From Cyanophora paradoxa CCMP329 (Eukaryota > Plantae > Glaucophyta), in NCBI GenBank assembly GCA_004431415.1, contig QPMI01000546.1:1-64000 (forward strand): a DNA stretch of 64,000 bases. The letters run 5' to 3'. The position numbers were made by a program, and so were the translations under genes. Within the stretch, counting starts at the first letter, position 1. Every line of letters starts with the position of its first letter. Positions 8,059-22,242 of this stretch are shown here, in pieces. Below the pieces are notes generated by a model. It saw only the letters and a list, made by a program, of their open reading frames with translations. It was not told the DNA's origin and made no database searches.

Positions 8059-11000
8059 ATGCGCGCGATTTTTGCAGAATGTGCGATCGGCGACATTGCT
8101 CGAGACGCACGAATAAACATCTCCGCTTCGGTATTATCGGAGACCGCGAGGAGTGGGAGGCGGCGGAGTCGCCCGGGTGGGAGCTCGCATGCGAGAACAC
8201 TTTTTTTGCAATTCCTTCTCTGCCTCCTCCTGCTGTCAATGAACACGGCGAGGACCGACGCGTGGTGCGCGGAAGCGGGAATTTTCTCGTGCACGCGGCG
8301 CCGTCATGCGCAGTACTAGTGCTAGCCGCGTCTAAAATGCGCGTTCCCCCAACTTCAATATCTGCTAATTGTAAGCGCGAGCGCAGGGTCACGGTTTCCT
8401 ACAGCGACACCGCGCCCGGCGCTTCCTCCGCGGGCGTCGCCATCCTCGAGTCCGACGCGTTTGTAGGTGCATGGACCCGAAGAATTCGAACCCTATGTCT
8501 CCTTCTGCAAATGCAGCGCTCATGCTCGGGCGGGGTCAGGCTACTACCTCCGAACGGCGTCCCCGGCCCGGTCCCTGTTCGTCTCTGGGAACCTCACGGT
8601 GGGTCGCTCGGGTAGCGGCGGGAGGCTGGCGGTGTCTGGTGCGCAAAACGGATTTCGCGCTCGACGGCACAATTGAAGTCCGACGGTGTGGGGCGCGCGT
8701 GCAGGATCTTCGGTTATCGAGGGGGCAGACTCCAACGACCTGACGCTGCGCGCAGCGACGGATGCTGCACAGGTGAGAGGGCTATCTACGTATACGTGTG
8801 CACGACCGATAAACGCCCTTCGGCCTCGTTGAACGCTGCGGCCCCCGCGGGGTCATCTAAATTCACGCATTTCGAAACCGTCGGGAAAACGTGCAAATAA
8901 AAGTTCTCGCTATTTTCTTGGATCCTCTTTCTAATTGATGAACTCGCCTGTATATTTCGCCGAGCGCAGATAATTCTACGGGCCCGCGGCAGGGCCGGGT
9001 CCGCAGATGCCGGCGCGGCCTCGAGCTCTGACGTCCTTCTGCTCCCGGGCGGGCCCGTGGGCGTCGTGCGTTGGCTTTCGATTCTGTCTTCAATGCCAGG
9101 TCTAGCGGTCCACCTCTTGATTAATTCCTGCGCCAGGTTTCCGTGCTGGGAGCCCTATCGACGCTTGAGGCCAGCAACGTGAGGGCGCCATCCTCCTCGC
9201 CGACCCTCGTCCTCTCCGGGGCACAAGGTGCGCTTCGTTAAAGCTTTCATTACTCTAGCGAGACCATTATCGACCGCCCACGTGCACCTCTTTTAAACCT
9301 TTCAGTTTCTATTCCGCCCCCATGCGCACCCCCCCCCCCCTCCTCCTCCTCCTCCTCCTCCACCCTCCCCCCCCCTCCCCCCCCCCCCCCCCACCACCAC
9401 CATGGCCATTTCCCTCTCAGCACGAACTCTCGCGCCCATTTCTTTGGGGGGCTCCCAAGACCGGCACGTCCTCGCTCCCTCCCCATTTGCCGCGTTAAAT
9501 TTCCACCCTCGAGCTCCCGTGGCCACCTTCCACCGTTCATCCGGATCCCTTCCCCCTCTCGTCATCCTTTCCCTGGCACCTCGCTCCACGAATCCTCCAG
9601 CTTCGCCGCGGCCACCCGAAACGCACGTGGGCAGCGTCTGACTGTACCTTGCAATCGCTTGGCCATGGCAGCAAGCGCTGGCTCCGGCACAGTTTCCGGG
9701 GCTGGAGCGCTTCCCGCCGCTGTCTCGGTCGGAGGCTCCGCATCGCCGAATATCGAATTGCGCCCTGGGAGCGCCGGTACCATTACGGTCCGCCATATTT
9801 TTTTTGGATGATAATTGTTTCATTCTTCTGCTTACTCGTCCAAACATAACAGGCCACGGGGAACCTCGTCCTGGCTTCGAGCCGGGAGCTGAGGATAGAC
9901 GGCGCTGCGCTGACCGCGCTCTCCGCGACGGGAACGCTCTCGGGCAGCTTCGTCCTTCGGAACGCGACCCTGTCCTCGCCGTCTGCGGCCGACGCGCGCC
10001 TGGCGGGCCGCTGGGGGGTCGGCGGGGCGACGCTGGCGCTGTCGGCGGGCGAGGCGCTGCGCTTCGAGGCCGGCCCCAACGGGCAGGCCGTCGATATCGC
10101 GATCGTGCAGTCGGACTCGCTGCGCGCGGTCGCCCCCTTCGTCGCCGAGGCCGGCGTCCAGGTCAACGCGGGTGCGTCCAAGTTGATCGGGCGCCGGCGC
10201 CGGATTTCGAATTCGAATGATGTTCTGAAATCGCGCGCAGGTCTCGTCGCCGCGAACGGCGGGCTGGCGGTGCAAACGTCTCGCTTTCAAGTTGATGCAT
10301 CAGGCAATGTGCTTGTGACCGGCAGCTTGGGAGTGACAGGAACCGTTACGGCCACGGGGTTGCTGGTCCTTCTTGGCGGATCCGGCTCGAAGGGCGGACT
10401 GGATGTCGGGGGGAACCGCTTTACTGTGGACGACAGCGGGAACATGCTCGTCACGGGATCCGCGGGCATCACTGGAACCTTCAGCGCGACGGGTCTGCTG
10501 AACGCGAATGGCGGAATCAACGTTCGGGCGGACCGGTTCACAGTCGACGACAGTGGCAACACACTTGTCACGGGCACGCTCGGGATCACCGGCACCCTCC
10601 GAGCGACTGGCTTGCTCGAGCCCTATGGCGGTATCAACGTACGGACGAGCGCTTTTGCGGTCGACATCAGTGGAAACACGCTCATCACAGGAGATGTAGG
10701 AACTACAGGGACCATCACCGCTACGGGCCTGCTCAACGCGGACGGCGGTCTCAACGTGCACTCGAACAAGCTCGTCATTGACATGAGCGGGAATGTGCTT
10801 GTCACAGGCGCGATCGGGACGACAGGGACCGTCACCGCCACCGGCCTGCTGAACGCGGACGGCGGTCTCAACGTGCACTCGAACAAGCTCGTCGTCGACA
10901 TGAGCGGGAACGCGCTCGCCACGGGCACGGTCGGCATCACGGGGACCGTGACAATCACCGGGCTGATGAACGCGGAGGGCGGCCTCAACGTGCAGGCGAA

Positions 11001-14000
11001 CCGGTTCACTGTCGACATCTCCGGCAACGTGCTGACCAGCGGCACCCTGGGGGTGACGGGGACTGTCACATCGACCGGCATGCTATCGCTGATCGGGGGC
11101 TTCGGCGTCTCGGGGGGCTTCGACGTCGGCACGAACCGATTCGCTGTGGACGCGAGCGGGAACACGATCGTGACGGGCTCCTTGGGTGTGACTGGCACAG
11201 TGACCTCGACGGGCCTGCTGAACGCGGACGGCGGCCTCAACGTGCACTCGAACAAGCTCGTCATTGACATGAGCGGGAATGTGCTTGTCACAGGCGCAAT
11301 CGGGACGACGGGGACCGTCACCGCCACTGGGCTGCTGAACGCGGACGGCGGCCTGAACGTGCACTCGAACAAGCTGTCGGTCGACATGAGCGGGAACACG
11401 CTCGCGACGGGCACGGTCGGCGTGACAGGGACCGTGACGATCACCGGGCTGATCAACGCGGACGGCGGCCTCAACATGCAGGCAAACCGGTTCACTGTCG
11501 ACATCTCCGGCAACGTGCTGACCAGCGGCACCCTGGGGGTGACGGGGACTGTTACATCGACCGGGATGCTGTCGCTGATCGGGGGCTTCGGCGTCACGGG
11601 GGGCTTCGACGTCGGCACGAACCGATTCGCTGTGGACGCGAGCGGGAACACGATCGTGACGGGCTCCTTGGGTGTGACTGGCACAGTGACCTCGACGGGC
11701 CTGCTGAACGCGGACGGCGGCCTCAACGTGCACTCAAACAAGCTGTCGGTCGACATGAGCGGGAATGTGCTTGTCACAGGCGCAATCGGGACGACGGGGA
11801 CCGTCACCGCCACCGGCCTGCTGAACGCGGACGGCGGCCTCAACGTGCACTCGAACAAGCTCATCATCGACATGAGTGGGAACACGCTCGCGACAGGCAC
11901 GGTCGGCATCACGGGGACCGTGACAATCACTGGGCTGATGAACGCGGAGGGCGGCCTCAACGTGCAGGCAAATCGGTTCACTGTCGACATCTCCGGCAAC
12001 GTGCTGACCAGCGGCACTCTTGGGGTGACGGGGACTGTCACATCGACCGGCATGCTGTCGCTGATTGGAGGCTTCGGCGTCTCGGGGGGCTTCGACGTCG
12101 GCACGAACCGATTCGCTGTGGACGCGAGCGGAAACGCACTGGTGACGGGTTTCGTGGGTGTGACGGGCACAGTGACCTCGACGGGCCTCCTGAACGCGGA
12201 TGGGTATCTGAACGTGCATGCGAACAAGCTGTCGATTGACATGAGCGGGAATGCGCTGGTGACGGGCGCAATGGGGCTGACGGGCACGGTGACCTCGACG
12301 GGCCTGCTGAACGCGGACGGCTATCTGAATGTTCGTACCAACAAGTTTGTGATTGACGCGAGCGGGAATGCGATGGTGACAGGCTCGATGGGACTGACGG
12401 GCACCGTCACCTCGACGGGCCTGCTGATTGTGGAGGGTGGTCTCAACGTGCACGCCAACAAGTTTACAATCGACATGAGCGGGAATGCGCTGGTGACCGG
12501 CGCGGTGGGGCTGACGGGCACTGTGACCTCGACGGGCCTGCTGAGCGTGGAGGGTGGCCTGAACGTGCACGCCAACAAGCTCACAATTGATATGAGCGGG
12601 AATGCGCTGGTGACCGGCACAGTGGGGCTGACGGGGACGGTGACGTCAACGGGTCTGCTGAGCGTGGAGGGTGGCCTCAACGTGCACGCGAACAAGCTCT
12701 CGATCGATATAAGCGGAAATGCGCTTGTCACGGGGACAATGGGGCTGACGGGCACTGTGACGTCAACGGGTCTGCTCAACTCGTTCGGCTACCTGAACGT
12801 GTATGCGAACAAGCTGTCGATCGATGTTAGCGGGAACGTGCTGGTTACAGGCGCGATGGGGCTTACAGGCACGGTAACCTCGACGGGCCTGTTGAACGCA
12901 GACGGCTATCTGAACGTGCAAACGAACAGGTTCGTCATCGACGCGAGCGGGAACGTGCTCGCCACCGGCACCCTTGCAGTGACGGGAACGGTGACTTCGA
13001 CGGGCTTGCTGGCTCTAATCGGGGGCTTCGACCTGTCCGGGGGCTTCAATGTCGGCACAAATCGGTTTGTGGTGGACGCAGGCGGAAATTCAATTGTGAC
13101 GGGCTTCTTGGGTTTGACCGGCACGGTGACTTCAACGGGCCTGCTGAACGCGGATGGCTACCTGAATGTGCACGTCAACAAGCTCTCGATCGACATGAGC
13201 GGAAACGCACTGGTGACGGGTTTCGTGGGTGTGACGGGCACAGTGACCTCGACGGGCCTCCTGAACGCGGATGGGTATCTGAACGTGCATGCGAACAAGC
13301 TGTCGATTGACATGAGCGGGAATGCGCTGGTGACGGGCGCAATGGGGCTGACGGGTACCGTCACCTCGACGGGCCTGCTGAACGCGGACGGCTATCTGAA
13401 TGTTCGTACCAACAAGTTTGTGATTGACGCGAGCGGGAATGCACTGGTGACAGGCTCGATGGGACTGACGGGCACCGTCACCTCGACGGGCCTGCTGATT
13501 GTGGAGGGTGGCCTGAACGTGCACGCCAACAAGCTCACAATTGATATGAGCGGGAATGCGCTGGTGACCGGCGCGGTGGGGCTGACGGGCACTGTGACCT
13601 CGACGGGCCTGCTGAGCGTGGAGGGTGGCCTGAACGTGCGCGCCAACAAGCTCACAATTGATATGAGCGGGAATGCGCTGGTGACCGGCACAGTGGGGCT
13701 GACGGGGACGGTGACGTCAACGGGTCTGCTGAGCGTGGAGGGTGGCCTCAACGTGCACACGAACAAGCTCTCGATCGATATAAGCGGAAATGCGCTTGTC
13801 ACGGGGACAATGGGGCTGACGGGCACTGTGACGTCAACGGGTCTGCTCAACTCGTTCGGCTACCTGAACGTGTATGCGAACAAGCTGTCGATCGATGTTA
13901 GCGGGAACGTGCTGGTTACAGGCGCGATGGGGCTTACAGGCACGGTAACCTCGACGGGCCTGTTGAACGCAGACGGCTATCTGAACGTGCAAACGAACAG

Positions 14001-17000
14001 GTTCGTCATCGACGCGAGCGGGAACGTGCTCGCCACCGGCACCCTTGCAGTGACGGGAACGGTGACTTCGACGGGCTTGCTGGCTCTAATCGGGGGCTTC
14101 GACCTGTCCGGGGGCTTCAATGTCGGCACAAATCGGTTTGTGGTGGACGCAGGCGGAAATTCAATTGTGACGGGCTTCTTGGGTTTGACCGGCACGGTGA
14201 CTTCAACGGGCCTGCTGAACGCGGATGGCTACCTGAATGTGCACGTCAACAAGCTCTCGATCGACATGAGCGGAAACGCACTGGTGACGGGTTTCGTGGG
14301 TGTGACGGGCACAGTGACCTCGACGGGCCTCCTGAACGCGGATGGGTATCTGAACGTGCATGCGAACAAGCTGTCGATTGACATGAGCGGGAATGCGCTG
14401 GTAACGGGCGCAATGGGGCTGACGGGTACCGTCACCTCGACGGGCCTGCTGAACGCGGACGGCTATCTGAATGTTCGTACCAACAAGTTTGTGATTGACG
14501 CGAGCGGGAATGCGCTGGTGACTGGCGCGGTGGGACTGACGGGCACCGTCACCTCGACGGGCCTGCTGAGCGTGGAGGGTGGTCTCAACGTGCACGCCAA
14601 CAAGTTTACAATCGACATGAGCGGGAATGCACTGGTGACAGGCTCGATGGGACTGACGGGCACCGTCACCTCGACGGGCCTGCTGAGCGTGGAGGGTGGC
14701 CTGAACGTGCACGCCAACAAGTTTACAATCGACATGAGCGGGAATGCGCTGGTGACCGGCGCGGTGGGGCTGACGGGGACGGTGACGTCAACGGGTCTGC
14801 TGAGCGTGGAGGGTGGCCTCAACGTGCACACGAACAAGCTCTCGATCGATATAAGCGGAAATGCGCTTGTCACGGGGACAATGGGGCTGACGGGCACTGT
14901 GACGTCAACGGGTCTGCTCAACTCGTTCGGCTACCTGAACGTTTATGCGAACAAGCTGTCGATCGATGTTAGCGGGAACGTGCTGGTTACAGGCGCGATG
15001 GGGCTTACAGGCACGGTAACCTCGACGGGCCTGTTGAACGCAGACGGCTATCTGAACGTGCAAACGAACAGGTTCGTCATCGACGCGAGCGGGAACGTGC
15101 TCGCCACCGGCACCCTTGCAGTGACGGGAACGGTGACTTCGACGGGCTTGCTGGCTCTAATCGGGGGCTTCGACCTGTCCGGGGGCTTCAATGTCGGCAC
15201 AAATCGGTTTGTGGTGGACGCAGGCGGAAATTCAATTGTGACGGGCTTCTTGGGTTTGACCGGCACGGTGACTTCAACGGGCCTGCTGAACGCGGACGGC
15301 TACCTGAATGTGCACGTCAACAAGCTCTCGATCGACATGAGCGGAAACGCACTGGTGACGGGTTTCGTGGGTGTGACGGGCACAGTGACCTCGACGGGCC
15401 TCCTGAACGCGGATGGGTATCTGAACGTGCATGCGAACAAGCTGTCGATTGACATGAGCGGGAATGCGCTGGTGACGGGCGCAATGGGGCTGACGGGTAC
15501 CGTCACCTCGACGGGCCTGCTGAACGCGGACGGCTATCTGAATGTTCGTACCAACAAGTTTGTGATTGACGCGAGCGGGAATGCACTGGTGACAGGCTCG
15601 ATGGGACTGACGGGCACCGTCACCTCGACGGGCCTGCTGATTGTGGAGGGTGGCCTGAACGTGCACGCCAACAAGCTCACAATTGATATGAGCGGGAATG
15701 CGCTGGTGACCGGCGCGGTGGGGCTGACGGGCACTGTGACCTCGACGGGCCTGCTGAGCGTGGAGGGTGGCCTGAACGTGCGCGCCAACAAGCTCACAAT
15801 TGATATGAGCGGGAATGCGCTGGTGACCGGCACAGTGGGGCTGACGGGGACGGTGACGTCAACGGGTCTGCTGAGCGTGGAGGGTGGCCTCAACGTGCAC
15901 GCGAACAAGCTCTCGATCGATATAAGCGGAAATGCGCTTGTCACGGGCACAATGGGGCTGACGGGCACTGTGACGTCAACGGGTCTGCTCAACTCGTTCG
16001 GCTACCTGAACGTGTATGCGAACAAGCTGTCGATCGATGTTAGCGGGAACGTGCTGGTTACAGGCGCGATGGGGCTTACAGGCACGGTAACCTCGACGGG
16101 CCTGTTGAACGCAGACGGCTATCTGAACGTGCAAACGAACAGGTTCGTCATCGACGCGAGCGGGAACGTGCTCGCCACCGGCACCCTTGCAGTGACGGGA
16201 ACGGTGACTTCGACGGGCTTGCTGGCTCTAATCGGGGGCTTCGACCTGTCCGGGGGCTTCAATGTCGGCACAAATCGGTTTGTGGTGGACGCAGGCGGAA
16301 ATTCAATTGTGACGGGCTTCTTGGGTTTGACCGGCACGGTGACTTCAACGGGCCTGCTGAACGCGGACGGCTACCTGAATGTGCACGTCAACAAGCTCTC
16401 GATCGACATGAGCGGAAACGCACTGGTGACGGGTTTCGTGGGTGTGACGGGCACAGTGACCTCGACGGGCCTCCTGAACGCGGATGGGTATCTGAACGTG
16501 CATGCGAACAAGCTGTCGATTGACATGAGCGGGAATGCGCTGGTGACGGGCGCAATGGGGCTGACGGGTACCGTCACCTCGACGGGCCTGCTGAACGCGG
16601 ACGGCTATCTGAATGTTCGTACCAACAAGTTTGTGATTGACGCGAGCGGGAATGCACTGGTGACAGGCTCGATGGGACTGACGGGCACCGTCACCTCGAC
16701 GGGCCTGCTGAGCGTGGAGGGTGGTCTCAACGTGCACGCCAACAAGTTTACAATCGACATGAGCGGGAATGCGCTGGTGACCGGTGCGGTGGGGCTGACG
16801 GGCACTGTGACCTCGACGGGCCTGCTGAGCGTGGAGGGTGGCCTGAACGTGCACGCCAACAAGCTCACAATTGATATGAGCGGGAATGCGCTGGTGACCG
16901 GCACAGTGGGGCTGACGGGGACGGTGACGTCAACGGGTCTGCTGAGCGTGGAGGGTGGCCTCAACGTGCACGCGAACAAGCTCTCGATCGATATAAGCGG

Positions 17001-19917
17001 AAATGCGCTTGTCACGGGCACAATGGGGCTGACGGGCACTGTGACGTCAACGGGTCTGCTCAACTCGTTCGGCTACCTGAATGTTTATGCGAACAAGCTG
17101 TCGATCGATGTTAGCGGGAACGTGCTGGTTACAGGCGCGATGGGGCTTACAGGCACGGTAACCTCGACGGGCCTGTTGAACGCAGACGGCTATCTGAACG
17201 TGCAAACGAACAGGTTCGTCATCGACGCGAGCGGGAACGTGCTCGCCACCGGCACCCTTGCAGTGACGGGAACGGTGACTTCGACGGGCTTGCTGGCTCT
17301 AATCGGGGGCTTCGACCTGTCCGGGGGCTTCAATGTCGGCACAAATCGGTTTGTGGTGGACGCAGGCGGAAATTCAATTGTGACGGGCTTCTTGGGTTTG
17401 ACCGGCACGGTGACTTCAACGGGCCTGCTGAACGCGGACGGCTACCTGAATGTGCACGTCAACAAGCTCTCGATCGACATGAGCGGAAACGTGCTGGTGA
17501 CGGGCGCGATGGGAATCACGGGCACCTTCACCTCGACGGGCCTGATGAACGTGCTGGGGGCGGCGGCGTTCACGTCGCTGGTGAAAGCAAACGGCGGCGT
17601 GAACGTGATCGCGAACCGCTTCGTGGTCGACACGAGCGGGAATGCGCTGGCGACGGGCACGGTCGGCATCACGGGCTCGTTGTCCTCGACGGGCCTGCTG
17701 AGCGTAGAGGGCGGTCTCAACGTGCACGCGAACAAGCTCTCGATCGACATGAGCGGGAACGTACTGGTGACGGGCACAATGGGCATCACGGGCACCTTCA
17801 CGTCGACGGGCCTCCTGAACGTGGAGGGGGCGGCGGTGGTCACGTCTCTGGTGAACGCGAACGGCGGCGTGAACGTGATCGCGAACCGCTTCGTTGTCGA
17901 CACGAGCGGGAATGCGCTGGCGACGGGCACGGTCGGCATCACGGGCACGGTGTCCTCGACGGGCCTGCTGAGCGTAGAGGGCGGTCTCAACGTGCACGCG
18001 AACAAGCTCTCGATCGACATGAGCGGGAACGTGCTGGTGACGGGCACAATGGGCATCACGGGCACCTTCACGTCGACGGGCCTCCTGAACGTGGAGGGGG
18101 CGGCGGTGGTCACGTCTCTGGTGAACGCGAACGGCGGCGTGAACGTGATAGCGAACCGCTTCGTTGTCGACACGAGCGGGAATGCGCTGGCGACGGGCAC
18201 GGTCGGCATCACGGGCACGGTGTCCTCGACGGGCCTGCTGAGCGTAGAGGGCGGTCTCAACGTGCACGCGAACAAGCTCTCGATCGACATGAGCGGGAAC
18301 GTGCTGGTGACGGGCACAATGGGCATCACGGGCACCTTCACGTCGACGGGCCTCCTGAACGTGGAGGGGGCGGCGGTGGTCACGTCTCTGGTGAACGCGA
18401 ACGGCGGCGTGAACGTGATCGCGAACCGCTTCGTGGTCGACACGAGCGGGAATGCGCTGGCGACGGGCACGGTCGGCATCACGGGCTCGGTGACCTCGAC
18501 GGGGCTGCTGAACGCCGACGGCGGGTTCAACGTAAATGCGAACCGTTTCAGCATTGATGTGAGTGGTAACGTGCTCGTGACGGGTACCTTCGGAATCACG
18601 GGTACTATCACCTCCACGGGTCTGCTTTCGCTCACGGGTGGCATCAACATTCGAAATGCTGCCGGCACCATTCCTCGCCTCGTCGTCGATCCCCTCGGGG
18701 AGCTGTCTTCATCTGCCAACGTCGCCGTTCGGGGCGATGTCACGACGACTGGAATGATACGCGCATTCGCAACCGCCATTGCCCGCAATGGATACACGAC
18801 TGCCGGCGGCGGGACAGACATTGTCCCAGCCCTGGAGGTCAATGGGCGCGCCGTGTTCAAGGCGTTTACCTCCGTCCCCGGGTCCAGCGAATTGCCTCCG
18901 CAGTTCGAGTGGGGTCTTCGTGTCGTCAACCCCGCTTTGAGCGATGGCGTAAACCCTTCCACGACTCTTTTCGAAGTCGGAAGGGGCACTTCGCCTGAAA
19001 GTATGATCGTTCTTGCGACGGGGACTGTCGGCATCACGGGAACTACGAGCTGCACTGCACTGCTGAACGCGGAAGGTGGCATCAACGTTCGGTCGAACAA
19101 GTTTGCTGTCGACATGAGCGGGAACGCGTTGCTCACTGGAGCGCTCGGCATTACGGGGACCTTGACATCCACTGGCATGCTGAGTGTTGATGGCGGCATA
19201 CTTGTGAGCACGAACAAGTTCTCCGTCGACGTGTCGGGCAATGCAGCCGTCACGGGGTCCCTGACGGTGACGGGCGGCATTAACTCCGTCGGCTCAATCA
19301 CGTCAACGGGTATGCTGTATGCAAACGGGGGCATAACGGTGAACGTGAACAAGTTCATTGTCGACGGCACCAGTGGCAATACCCAGATCTCGGGCTCCCT
19401 CACGGTTACGGGGGCGATCACGGCCGGCACGGGCGTGACGGTGACCAGCGGCGGGGCTACCATCACAGATGGCGGCCTGACCGTCAACGGGGGCAGTTCG
19501 CTGACGCAGACGTTGACGGTCAACACGGGCGGCCTGACGGTGGCCGCGGGCGGCCTGACGGTGAGCACGGGCGGCCTGGCTGTGACAGGGGTTATTACGG
19601 CTAACAATGGAATCGCTCACAAAGCGGCCACGACGAGGACAGTTGTTGCTGCTGGCTCGCTTACACTGGACCCAGCAACAGACACGGTTCAGCAGATCAT
19701 CAACGCTGCAGGCCTGACGACGGGAGCGTATACTGTCACGTTCAGCAATTGCGTGGCTGGCTATAATGGGTTTACTTTTTGGATTTATGTTGAGAGTCTA
19801 GGAGCAGGCGCCGTGACTGTCAAAGGGGTCGGTCTTGGAACCGGAAGAGCTGCTATGTGCATGTGCTTCGCTGCTGTCAGCAATTTCCTTTGCAGTTCTT
19901 TCTTCAGCAATTTCTAG
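8059..19917 (+). CDS. Giant G/T/V/N-rich repeat protein, beta-helix/fibre-like, possibly secreted (start uncertain)
   Basis: Uninterrupted exon 10241-19917 with about 70 units of a 39-aa repeat (TGTVTSTGLLNADGGLNVHANKLSIDMSGNALVTGAMGL) and 45/51-aa variants. Short upstream exons (VTVSYSDTAPG..., RSLFVSGNLTVGRSG..., ALRFEAGPNG...). In-frame 69-nt GT-AG intron at 10172-10240. Hydrophobic TLFLQFLLCLLLLS near 8197-8238. Confidence 0.8.
10741..18510 (+). repeat. Nested higher-order coding repeats: ~3 x 486 bp, 5 x 1071 bp (12130-17484), ~3 x 270 bp
   Basis: Recurrences at 10741/11227/11713; 12130/13201/14272/15343/16414; 17701/17971/18241. Unit arithmetic: 486=3x117+135, 1071=8x117+135, 270=117+153. 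Confidence 0.95.
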
Positions 19918-20128
19918 CACCTGCTTAAACTATGTTGTGTCCGACATGTTGCTCCTTATATAATTGGACATTGTTTTATTTCTAACAGTTGGAATTCGTA
20001 TTGGCTAAACAATTCACCATGCGCATGTACATGTGTTTTAATTTCACGAGCTTGAGCAAAATCTCAACACTCAAATGGATTGAACAAATTCAGGATCAGC
20101 CAATTGATCATGAGATGTATACGTAGTT

Positions 20129-20262
20129 GAGATCGAGATATCGATCGATTTTCGGTTACATTGAGATCAATTGAGATTGAGATTTCGCGCCCTTGGAGAT
20201 CGAGAGATCGATTGAGTTTCGGTTATATTGAGATCGATTGAGATTTAGATTTCGCGTCCTTG
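20129..20262. repeat. Degenerate 67-bp tandem duplication, GATC-rich
   Basis: GAGATCGAGA...TTTCGGTTA...AGATTTCGCG.CCTTG occurs twice. Confidence 0.8.
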
Positions 20263-22242
20263 AATGCATGGGGGGTGCACCATGTGAATGCATGCCTAGG
20301 CCTCTCGCCGGCCCCGGCCCTATGTATATAGCTACTGATCGTGACATGTACACGTGGAGTCGACGTCGCAGGGGCGCGTGAGGGGATCCGGAACTGCAGC
20401 TGCAGCTGATCGTGAGATATAATTATAAACACGGCATTTAACTTGTGCACCCTAGGCCTCATCGTCGACGCATGACCGGCAACTGGCTAGCACCATCGAA
20501 TTCGGCTCTCTAGCTATAGTTGATCAGTCGTTTTTTCTGCAAAAGTGGACGTCGACGTCGCATTGATACACCATGCCCGGCGCCAAGGCACATGTACCAA
20601 TGCTCTACTACCCAGAACCAGAACCCCCTCCTCACCTGCGCCCCCCTCCCCCCCCCCCCCCCCCCCCCCCCAAATTCGAAGGGCACGTCATGTAGAGCAG
20701 TGATCCATGTGCCGTGGTGTGTCAGTGCGACGTCCACTTTTGCAAAAAACGAAATGCATTCTGCATTAATGTTCGTACTACGTATATGGTATATATTGGC
20801 CACTTGTATGTGTTTAATTTTAAGTTCACCTCGTGTTTTAACCTGCATAACATCGGCATGAGGATGCAGGTTAAAGCTTCCTGCGTTAAAGCACTCCTGA
20901 AGGCTGAACCACGTGCACGTAATGGCTAAAACGAATCAGTCTGCATGGCTCAATTAAAACGGACTGACTAGTACTGCTGCTGAACGTGGGCGGATTGGCG
21001 GTCGGTGACTGAAATGCTTGAGCTTGATGGAAAGATTGTGCACTCGTAATTATAACAAAAGTAAAGCTCTGAGTCTGTTAACTGCCAGAACGTTAACTAC
21101 CATACCTCGTGGAATTCGAAAGCTCTGACATTTTATTACCGACGCCTTCCGCAGCAGTCCGTCCAAAGAATCACAGCTGGATAGTTGCCGAATCGAAGGG
21201 CCCTGAACTTGGTCCGCCTGGGCGGGCGGCTTCGAAGTGGAGACTTTCGCGCGCTGGCGCTGCAGGGTCTCCAGCCGCCGCTAGCGCTGGTCGTGGTGCT
21301 CCTCGAGCTCGTGGTGGTCCTGCATATGCGTGCGTCTCACTCAGTGACTTAAGCTTAAGCTTGGAGTTCGCTCTCGGAGGCGCGTTCCGGATCCGCACCG
21401 TGCCGAAGAAGAAGCGGTGCTTATAAATGGATTAACTATAAGCTTGAGCTTCCCGTCAGTTAATTGACCTCCGCCTCCGGCGCCGGGCCCAGGGCGACCG
21501 CCTTCTGCCCCCGCATCTGGCGCACGGCCGCCTGCCGCAGCAGCCTGCCGCGCGAGGCCGTCCACTGGCGATGGCGATCAAATCGCACCGAGTCCTGTAT
21601 TCACGACATCAGGCCTTAAGTTGCCTCGGGCCTCGAACATCGATATCTTCCACGTGCACTCGGCGCGGATGAGGCCCGAGGTTCAGCAATAGGATGCCGA
21701 TGCCATCGGCCTGTTCGAACCTCGGTTGAGCAAGAAAGGAATAATTGCAAGGGCAGCCAGCCTCAGCCGAGCACCTGCAGGACGGTGGCTGCCAGTGCCG
21801 AGTAGGAGCCCCGAGACGCCGACCGTGATCTGAGCGCGAGGCAACAGGCCAACTATACCTGTACAGATGTGCGAACGATCTCTACGTGTACGTAACTCTC
21901 GATGACCTCACTGTCGACGCAGATCACAATCACGCGAGCTCGAGCTCGGCCATATGCATGATCATGATGGAAGATCACGAGCTCGCGGATCCGATGATCG
22001 GTTGCTTTGCAATTGCCAACTGCAAAAAGCGCATGCACACGAAGATATCTACCTGTAGCTATAGCTAGATCTCGTTGTTCAAAACCATTACCTGCCTGAA
22101 AAGACATCGCAATGAATGGACATCGCCTAGAGTTGCATGTTCGATATGCAAGCAGTCCGCTAAACGCGATTCCAGACGCGAATCATGTCCGCTCGTGATC
22201 ACGACCTACTCAAACAACTCAAACAAGACAGCCTACGGCTTT

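Noticed and set aside
9328-9392. Long C homopolymers (also ~20641-20670, and G runs at ~38360 and ~40683)
   Set aside because: Intronic or intergenic low complexity, with lengths unreliable in assemblies.
10105-10240. ORF-track start of the 3270-aa protein
   Set aside because: It is an internal GTG. The frame is open from ~9899, and 10172-10240 is an in-frame intron.
10287-19620. Many antisense ORFs (PVTVPV... and HVQ/ARRG...)
   Set aside because: Shadows of the repetitive sense ORF.
21100-21860. Possible small gene between the giant protein and the phytochrome
   Set aside because: Splice-like signals are present, but every frame hits stops and no motif is recognisable.
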